Positions 56,789 through 63,380 of a stretch of 63,380 nucleotides of DNA are shown here, in pieces (position 1 is the first letter of the stretch; every line of letters begins with the position of its first letter). The notes under the pieces were generated by a model, which was not told the origin of the DNA, did not search any database, and worked only from the letters and a program-made list of their open reading frames with translations. Both the position numbers and the translations under genes were made by a program. Origin of the DNA: a virus (lineage: Duplodnaviria > Caudoviricetes); IMG/VR virus record IMGVR_UViG_3300032046_000023, positions 1-63,380 of that record; one strand, given 5' to 3'.

Positions 56789-57210
56789 GTTATCTCCACC
56801 TCCGTCCTCGGGTTCTTCCCGTCCACGACCTGCCTATCCTCCAGGTCAAGCCATTTCTCCGAGTCGTCCCAAATTAAACCGGCCTTTTTCAATGCATCGG
56901 TCAATGGGGCGGTTCCTCCATATAATCGTTCTTTGTCAAGTAGTCGCTTGCGGTAACTGGTAATGACAACCCTTTTCTTTTTCCTATCGCGCAAGGGATG
57001 TAAACAATTCGGATTATCACAACCGAGCTCTTTCATAATTGCCCAATAATAATCCTGCTGTATCTTCGCCCTTTTAGCCCAATGCATACGCAAAAGTTTG
57101 TTTGCGCTTATGATCGGGAGGTCGATGGTGAGCTTCATTTTGCCGCCTTTGGCAATAGAGTAATTTGAACATGAACGGCACGATAACCGCTTGACATTGC
57201 TCCTTTCCAT
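56785..57210 (-). CDS. RusA-like Holliday junction resolvase (likely start MKLTID)
   Basis: S.N...R.HW..R, R..D..(RL), DALK.AGLI.DDS, PRTEV.I. Confidence 0.75.
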   Translation of the reverse strand: MERSNVKRLSCRSCSNYSIAKGGKMKLTIDLPIISANKLLRMHWAKRAKIQQDYYWAIMKELGCDNPNCLHPLRDRKKKRVVITSYRKRLLDKERLYGGTAPLTDALKKAGLIWDDSEKWLDLEDRQVVDGKNPRTEVEIT

Positions 57211-57417
57211 TCTTTATCGCGTTCTTCTGGGGATAATCCCTTTCCGACAAAATCATTTATGGCCTCTTTTTTTGTCATAAATGTTCCGTAGAGTAATATG
57301 GGATGATTTTTCCCCGGATAATCCCAATAAAATAAAATGGCCCACATCTTCGTGCTATATGGTTTATTCTTTTTCATCTTCATTCTCCTTCCCCCGGCGG
57401 GATGATAGATTGATGTT

Positions 57418-58110
57418 TCATAACGGAGCCTCGTATTTGAACCCGACATATTCCTTCCATCGCCCATTCAGGAACGTCTTGGCATACATCGCCGTCTGCT
57501 CAAAATGCTCGACGATTCGCTTATGTTTCAAGAAGTCGCCATAGCCCTGGCAGCCTTTTTTAAATTCCTCAAGCTCCCCCCGTTTGCAGAGAGCGATAAA
57601 CTTCGTCCGCGTTTCCTTCTTAGCGAGTCTTCCCTCTTTTGGGTATTGAGCCCAGAATTCCTCAAAGTGTGGGTCGAATTCGCTTGGCGTTCGACCAATA
57701 TATAAATCTCTTGATTTATTCTTATTTGAAGATGAAGATGAAGAGGCATTTTTCGCCAATGGCGAATTATGGCCGTGCCATCTGCTGTCGGCCCCGGCTA
57801 AACCCGCTATTTGCTTTGCTTTACGAAAGTCTTCTAGTTTCTTTCTTTCCTTTTCGAGCCTTTTATTGATTAATCGGCCCGGATTTCGTGACAGTTGTTG
57901 GAAGTGTGCCAATGCCTCATCTATGGCAGAGCCATCGTTTGCCTTGCATAACAGAGCTATGGCAGACCTGTCGGCAGGAATTGAACCTTCGCGCCATTGA
58001 TAAGCGAGAAGCCGAATATAACAACCTTCTCCGGCCATGCTCATCATTTGAACCTTCTCATCGGCTAGCCAATCGGCGGCATAAAAAGGAAAAGAAGGGA
58101 AGTCGTTCAT
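57418..58110 (-). CDS. Replication initiator (YdaU/DUF1376 N-terminus)
   Basis: FPFYAADWL.D...G.YIRLL..QW..GS.P; FEEFW.QYPK; TFLN.RW. Confidence 0.8.
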   Translation of the reverse strand: MNDFPSFPFYAADWLADEKVQMMSMAGEGCYIRLLAYQWREGSIPADRSAIALLCKANDGSAIDEALAHFQQLSRNPGRLINKRLEKERKKLEDFRKAKQIAGLAGADSRWHGHNSPLAKNASSSSSSNKNKSRDLYIGRTPSEFDPHFEEFWAQYPKEGRLAKKETRTKFIALCKRGELEEFKKGCQGYGDFLKHKRIVEHFEQTAMYAKTFLNGRWKEYVGFKYEAPL

Positions 58111-58401
58111 TTCTTCATTCTTTTGATGTAGCCCTTGAGCCCGGCGATTCGATGATGAAATATTTTAATTTTATCATCTTGGTATTGAATATCTTTTTTT
58201 AATCTATCCCTTTCCCTTATCAACACACCATAATTCTCGGCCATCTTCTCGGTAGCGTCGGCAATGCGAAGAATCGCTCCGAGTTGAATTTGTTCTCGGC
58301 ATATCGGCGTTTTTTCATCAAGGTAAACTCCCCAGTTTGTTTTTGATTCTTGTCTATAGGGTTTGAATATTTCAGCCATCTTCAATCTCCTTTAGAAAAA
58401 T

Positions 58402-58601
58402 AGCCGGGGAGGGAAGCCGTCCAATACTCCGATCTTCCGACGCGGCGGATGCTTCCTGTCGAGAAACGCCGGCCGGTCAAGACCAATTTCATTTCTCGTG
58501 GACTCCCCGGCTCCAAAAAATGATGGCCGGAAGGGAAGGCGCAAAAAGGAGGGTTGAGTGCGATTAAACACCAGCATCTTCCTTGACGTGGACTTCCGGC
58601 C
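58402..58601 (-). ncRNA. Tandem pair of related structured RNA elements (candidate)
   Basis: 58402-512 and 58525-601: closing stem, GUCCACG, GGAAG/CUUCC helix, U-rich tail. Confidence 0.5.
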
Positions 58602-58619
58602 GGAGTTGGTCATATTGCT

Positions 58620-59000
58620 TCAGAAAGGGATGTCTATCCCATCATCCTTGTCGGGGATATCGACTTGAATCACGATATTGGCAATCCGCGCATAAGTTTT
58701 ACCCTTGATTTCCTCATGTTTGATATCACCCTCAAATATTCCGCCTGCCATGAAGATATCTTTGCCATGCTCAACACCCAATGCTTTACATAAGTCGGTA
58801 TAACGTGGATCCCAGGGGACAAAACTATCAACTACACGATAATTCCCCTCTGTTCCAAGAGCCGTAGCATAGAGGACAATTCGAACATATCCCCTTCCTT
58901 CTTTTTCTTCTTTTTTGAAATCTGGCTCTTTATTCAGTTTGAAGGAATAGTGACCTTCGGGGGCCAATTCATTTCCAGGGACAGGCCAAAATGGACTCAT
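58620..59000 (-). CDS. ssDNA-binding-like protein
   Basis: PEG.Y near the N-terminus; acidic DIPF C-terminus; follows the ATPase. Confidence 0.7.
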   Translation of the reverse strand: MSPFWPVPGNELAPEGHYSFKLNKEPDFKKEEKEGRGYVRIVLYATALGTEGNYRVVDSFVPWDPRYTDLCKALGVEHGKDIFMAGGIFEGDIKHEEIKGKTYARIANIVIQVDIPDKDDGIDIPF

Positions 59001-60097
59001 GCTTTTGCTCCTTTCTTTTTAGATTTGCCGTCGCCGGGATCAATCGTTGCAAGTAGGACTGCAGCTTTCGGCACGGACTTAGAGACATCAAAAACTTTGG
59101 CCCGAATTACGTTGAGGCCGTCGGCTAGAACATCATTCTTGGTGAGCGTTGAAATCTTCGTCCACGAATTCGTGTTGAAAACTTCCTCAAAGAGTGCGAT
59201 TCTTTTGAGTTTGTCACCTTCGGTTTGACCGGGGTAAAGTTTCCTGACCTCATTCTGAATCTCTTCACAGAGGATTTCCTTATTGAGTGCCCGTTTCTCG
59301 CCGGTTTCTTCGGACTTGATATATGTCGTAGAATCCGGCCGATCTAACTCAAGGGCTCGATGTTCACCGCCAATATTGAGCCGTTCAATATGCGGTACGA
59401 AGGTTTCAAAGGTGGGATTGTCAAAAAGTTTTCCATCCATGATGCTGAATCGGTCTTTTTTGATGAAGCTTCGATGGACAAGTTTGCTTCCGAATTGCGG
59501 GGATAATTGAATGGCAGACATTTCAGCAAGGAGTGAGGGTTCATATCCCATTTCATTTTCTGTCTTCATCTTAGTCCCGGTTTTCTTTGCCTCTTTAGAT
59601 CCATCTTCGGGATCAATGACATCTTCAAAGATCACCGTTGACCGTCCGCACATGATGACGTGGAGTTTTCCGTTGATATAGCGGTCGCTAAAATCACGCC
59701 ATATCGCTTTGATGGGAGCACTGTGTTTCATCCAATTAATCTTCGTCAGATTATTTTTCTTCATCCAGGCTTCTTGGAGTTCAACCCAATAGTGTGTGAT
59801 GCTGTCGATGATAAGGATGGAACATTCTTTTTCGGCTTCATCATGAATGGTTAAGAGGTCCGAAAAGACTCGGCTCTTTTTGGTGACGAGTTTTATTCCT
59901 GCGTCTTTGAAAAGATGAAGAACATAATCCACGCCGGGTTCAGTTGCAGCGAAAGCAATCGGTTTCTCGGCATGAATAAATTTATGGAGACCTATGGCAA
60001 TCAAAGAAGCCGTATAGGTCTTCCCTGATCCTGCCTCTCCATACAGCCCGAATTTTGCGAAGGCCGCTTCGGGTTTGGCCTCTTCTAAAATGCTCAT
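58997..60097 (-). CDS. AAA/RecA-like ATPase (Sak4-type recombinase-like)
   Basis: GEAGSGKT, IIDSITH.W, YEP, KDR. Confidence 0.8.
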   Translation of the reverse strand: MSILEEAKPEAAFAKFGLYGEAGSGKTYTASLIAIGLHKFIHAEKPIAFAATEPGVDYVLHLFKDAGIKLVTKKSRVFSDLLTIHDEAEKECSILIIDSITHYWVELQEAWMKKNNLTKINWMKHSAPIKAIWRDFSDRYINGKLHVIMCGRSTVIFEDVIDPEDGSKEAKKTGTKMKTENEMGYEPSLLAEMSAIQLSPQFGSKLVHRSFIKKDRFSIMDGKLFDNPTFETFVPHIERLNIGGEHRALELDRPDSTTYIKSEETGEKRALNKEILCEEIQNEVRKLYPGQTEGDKLKRIALFEEVFNTNSWTKISTLTKNDVLADGLNVIRAKVFDVSKSVPKAAVLLATIDPGDGKSKKKGAKA

Positions 60098-60168
60098 CTT
60101 GAGCTACTCCTTAAAACTCATACCGCGTCCCGGTATATTGGGATCGTCGGTTGCTGAGTTATAGTTGC

Positions 60169-61608
60169 TCATGAATCATATTCCTTAGCTGCCCTTGCCT
60201 TCTCATCGGCCTCTAGAAGCTCTTGTCCCTTCGGGCATTTGCAGAACATCGTCCGCGAGTTGCCGCCGCCGGTATCGATATCGATGAATCCGGTTCCATT
60301 ACAATCGGGGCAATCATAGTTCTCAAGGTTATCGGCCATTCGCTTGTAGAGGTTTATGGGATAAATAGAGTTGCGATCAATCATTCAATCCTCTTTCTCT
60401 AATTCTTTAATGGCGGACTCGATTTGTTCTATTGCCAAATCCAATAAAATAGAAATACTGAATGGATTCATTTTTTCAAAATTCTTGATATTGATTCTGG
60501 CGTTTTCTGAATATTCGATTGCCTTAGTAATACTCATATTCATCTCCTAAAAAAGTTTTAATTGACTTGATTGAATATCCGGGCCTGGCCGCCCAGACGT
60601 AATTAGAGGTACGGGATGCAATGGAACGTCATCCCCTTGCACCATTACCGCAGGCCTCTCCGTATCGTCATCGTTGAAATGACATTGATAGCAGATATCC
60701 GGCGCAATCATCTCCGTCGATGGCTTGGCCGTCTTGCAGATTTTGCAGAACCAGGTTTCCTTTCCATGGAGTACATTGCGCATTGAGAAATCGCCATTGG
60801 CCTTGATTCGCAGGTTCGCGCCCTGGGCCAGTTCATGCCGCCGTTTCCGCTCTGCCCGATCCGCGGCCTTCGCCCCTCGCTCTTTCCGCTTCAATTCTCG
60901 ACGATGTTTGCGGACGGCCCGTTCCTGCTCTTTGGCAATCGTCTCGGCTGATTTGGGACGGCTCATGCTGCCCCTATTTTGTAATCTTTTTCCACGCTGT
61001 CGGGATAATCCCGTTGAATCCTTTGCCGCTCTTTCCGCATCCTTTCAATCCGCCGCGCCTCCTTGCGAAGGCCGACGATGATCCCGGCGGCGAATGCCGC
61101 GAATGATAAAAAAACGATGAGCCAGGATTTCATCTTCTCCGGCCTCCCTCCTTATTTAATTTCGGAACCGCCCCGGTCCCAGCCTCTACGAGTAATGCAA
61201 TCCATATGCCCAATGCAATTCCTGAAAGGGCAATAAAAAATATATCTTTATGAACTATTACTATAATCATCGCCGCTAAAGTTAGGATTACCATAAAGAG
61301 GGAATAGGCAATTTTCCTCACTTCACTTCCCCTTTTATATCCGCGTTTAATTTCTGTTCAATCTCCCAAAGCTCACTTTGCGCGGCATGATACTCGCAGT
61401 GGATGGCTTTCCGTTCGCAATTGCACCATTCCATTTGCCGCACTTTTTCAACAGAAATTCGATCAACTTTATATCCGTCTCGAATAAGTTCCATTACCTC
61501 TTTATTTCGTTCTCTTTTCTCGCCCTTGCCGTCCATTCCGGCATAAACCAATTTTCCGCAAGAACAGATTCCGACAAATGCCATTTCGGGAATTTTCATA
61601 TCAATCAT
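60169..61608 (-). CDS. Small early ORFs (Zn-finger proteins 60169..60384 and 60547..60966; TM protein 61130..61321; 61318..61608)
   Basis: CPDCNGTG and CxxC motifs. Confidence 0.5.
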
Positions 61609-62087
61609 TTTGCTTTCCTCTCATCGATAGCCGAATGTACATGCTCGATCTCTTTCTCCAGCACGTCCAGCGCCTTGTGTATTGCGCCATGCTCTGCCGA
61701 TGATAACCGGCCGTCGATAAGCGCGTCCCTCACGATCTTCTGAGCCGCACCGACTGCAATGCTCAAATCGTATGCTTCACGTATCGGGTCATTCGTTTCC
61801 TTTGCCGAGAAAGGTTTCCGCCGAAGATAGAATCCGCAGGCCGTCGTAAAAAACTCGATGATTCTTCTATCCCGCGTCAGCGAATAGAGCGGCGGAATGA
61901 GGTCGGGCGGGAATGAAATGAATCCGAGAACATATTTCTCATAAGTGTGATACGGCAGGCCGAGCGCGAACGCGATTTCCTTGCGCGGCGTCTCAAGCTG
62001 AGAGAGGAGCGCGGAAAAATTCTCCGTGTGGTTTCCTTGCCAGCATCCGTTATTCACGTTATATTTCCTTTTGAAAATGAGATACAA
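61605..62087 (-). CDS. CII-like regulatory protein (phage 186 / CP76 type)
   Basis: HTH (KEIAFALG..Y.T..K) followed by ALIDG.LS..E. Confidence 0.7.
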   Translation of the reverse strand: MYLIFKRKYNVNNGCWQGNHTENFSALLSQLETPRKEIAFALGLPYHTYEKYVLGFISFPPDLIPPLYSLTRDRRIIEFFTTACGFYLRRKPFSAKETNDPIREAYDLSIAVGAAQKIVRDALIDGRLSSAEHGAIHKALDVLEKEIEHVHSAIDERKAK

Positions 62088-62292
62088 AAAGCGGCGGACG
62101 GCGAGAACGACGGCGATTAATAAACTCTTGAATGTCCTTCATATCAAACCGTACCAACTCGCCAATCTTCACGCTCCGCAAATCATGGGCTTTGCGCAAG
62201 AGGTCGAGTTTCCTCACGGAGATTTGGAGAACGTAGGCCGCTTCACATTTAGAAAGGAGTCTCGGCAAAGAAGAAAAATCGGCGGGTTTCAT
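62059..62292 (-). CDS. Excisionase-like HTH protein
   Basis: LLS..EAA.VL.IS.R.L...R....L..VKIG..VRF...DI.EF. Confidence 0.85.
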   Translation of the reverse strand: MKPADFSSLPRLLSKCEAAYVLQISVRKLDLLRKAHDLRSVKIGELVRFDMKDIQEFINRRRSRRPPLFVSHFQKEI

Positions 62293-62477
62293 TCTTGGAT
62301 TCCCATCAATTTTTTATATCGGTATAAATTTCTTGGATGTGGTTTTACCAAACCGCGAAGAAACAGACTGAGGGTAGCAACGGAAACACCGAAATATGGC
62401 GCTCCTTGGATAAGTGTCCAATTCCGCTCATATAGGAATTCTTCCAATTTCTTCCTAGTTTCTTCGGAGGTCATCAT
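62289..62477 (-). CDS. Cro-like HTH repressor (probably leaderless, start MMTSEE)
   Basis: WT..Q.A..FGVSVATLS.F..G...P; divergent from CI. Confidence 0.75.
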   Translation of the reverse strand: MMTSEETRKKLEEFLYERNWTLIQGAPYFGVSVATLSLFLRGLVKPHPRNLYRYKKLMGIQE

Positions 62478-62481
62478 GATT

Positions 62482-62569
62482 AATATATAAATCATTTTTA
62501 ATGCGTTGTCAAGGAATTTGTTAAATTATTTTATTTTCTATTGATCTTCCAAAAAAGTTGATATATAAA
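62482..62569. promoter_or_regulatory. Divergent sigma70-like promoters of the lysis/lysogeny switch
   Basis: - strand: TTGACA (62512-07) + 17 nt + TATATATT; + strand: TTGATC (62541-46) + 17 nt + TATAAA (62564-69). Confidence 0.7.
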
Positions 62570-62911
62570 GCACATTTGGAGGAGTTTAATTTGGATATTA
62601 AAGAACAGAAGAAAATAATCGGCAGGAATATCCGGCGATATCGAGATTTCAAGGGATGGAATCAGGAAGAACTTGGAGCGCAAGTCGGCATCAGAAAAGC
62701 TACGATGTCTCGGATTGAAACGGGCGTGGAAAATGTCTCGCTTAATACGCTTCTAAAGATAGTCGATGCTTTAGATGTGGAAGTTGAGGAGATTTGCCTA
62801 AAAGATATGAAAGCAGTATCATTTAAATTAATTCTTTCTGAAAATAATGTTCAGACGCTATGTGCCGTTCTTGAAATGATAAAGGATATTTTAGAGAAAA
62901 AAGAGAAATAA
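62558..62911 (+). CDS. CI-like XRE repressor (likely TTG start at 62591)
   Basis: IG.NIRR.R...GWNQEELG..VG.....MSRIE.G..N.SL.TL; GGAGG RBS; no S24 peptidase domain. Confidence 0.88.
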   Translation: MIYKAHLEEFNLDIKEQKKIIGRNIRRYRDFKGWNQEELGAQVGIRKATMSRIETGVENVSLNTLLKIVDALDVEVEEICLKDMKAVSFKLILSENNVQTLCAVLEMIKDILEKKEK

Positions 62912-62927
62912 AAAACAGAAGATTCAT

Positions 62928-63113
62928 ATGACAACCTTTATTTTGGTTTTTGGTGGTTTAATTATTTATTTCTTACCATCAATCGTATCCTTAAAAAGAA
63001 AACATCGTCAACAAAATGCGATATTAACTTTGAATCTTTTTTTAGGTTGGACATTCATCGGTTGGGTTATCGCACTTGTTTGGGCAATGACAAAAACAAG
63101 GGGAATAAAATGA
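62928..63113 (+). CDS. Superinfection immunity protein (T4 Imm-like)
   Basis: YFLPSI...R.H....I..LNLFLGWT.IGWV.ALVWA. Confidence 0.9.
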   Translation: MTTFILVFGGLIIYFLPSIVSLKRKHRQQNAILTLNLFLGWTFIGWVIALVWAMTKTRGIK

Positions 63114-63380
63114 AAAATCTGATTATTATTTTCATCTTATTGTTTATCTTTGCCTATTGCAAAAGCCCCGAAGCAAACATCCTTGTAAATTTCACAATGA
63201 TCTCCGGGCCTAAATATAATTTTTATTTAGATTTTTTTACTTGTGAGGGAACCATTAAAAACGGCGGAAATTTCGATGCTAGATTATGTCGAATCTACAT
63301 CACTATAAAAGATTTGAACTCTAAAGTATTAATCACAAATTGGAATTTACTTGATCCAACCGATATTCCAGCACTAGGCC
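63110..63380 (+). CDS. Lipoprotein with FxLYD-like Ig domain, truncated by the window end
   Basis: MKNLIIIFILLFIFAY-C; GTIKN.G..A....I.ITI.D; open to the end of the window. Confidence 0.65.
   Translation, partial: MKNLIIIFILLFIFAYCKSPEANILVNFTMISGPKYNFYLDFFTCEGTIKNGGNFDARLCRIYITIKDLNSKVLITNWNLLDPTDIPALG

Larger units (their letters stand above)
1..63380. mobile_element. Temperate siphovirus genome (HK97-like head, non-contractile tail), near-complete and probably excised/circularly permuted
   Basis: Full module set: integrase, CI/Cro switch, replication, terminase, portal, protease, capsid, neck, tail tube, chaperones, tape measure, fibres, endolysin. No sheath gene and no host housekeeping genes. 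Confidence 0.93.

Noticed and set aside
57720-57970. Iterons within the replication initiator gene (ATGGCAGA repeats, GAAGAT run)
   Set aside because: Too few and irregular to call an origin; the GAAGAT run simply encodes poly-Ser

Overview
The window reads as an essentially complete genome of a temperate, HK97-fold siphovirus, most likely in its excised or circularly permuted form. The lipoprotein ORF running off the right end appears to continue at position 1, and the integrase lies internally next to a probable attP. The + strand holds the lysogeny and immunity genes (CI-like repressor, superinfection-immunity protein, lipoprotein, tyrosine integrase). The - strand holds Cro/Xis/CII-like regulators, recombination and replication genes, many small accessory ORFs, the holin/spanin region, terminase, portal, protease, two tandem major-capsid paralogues, neck and tail genes, FN3-, C1q- and collagen-like fibre genes, and an amidase endolysin. 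The outstanding feature is a large glycosylation toolkit placed inside the morphogenesis operon at three sites: beside the capsid genes, between the neck and tail genes, and between two collagen fibre genes. It comprises 9 glycosyltransferase domains, 3 SAM methyltransferase domains, a DegT aminotransferase, and LicD and cytidylyltransferase domains. Three of the GT domains plus LicD and the cytidylyltransferase are fused in one 1112-aa protein. I infer a phage-encoded virion glycocalyx system. Other observations: structured non-coding leaders, a 21-bp-phased late-promoter repeat, a -1 frameshift, and many duplicated gene-end remnants that record gene-cassette shuffling. All calls come from motif recognition by eye; no searches were run and the host cannot be named.
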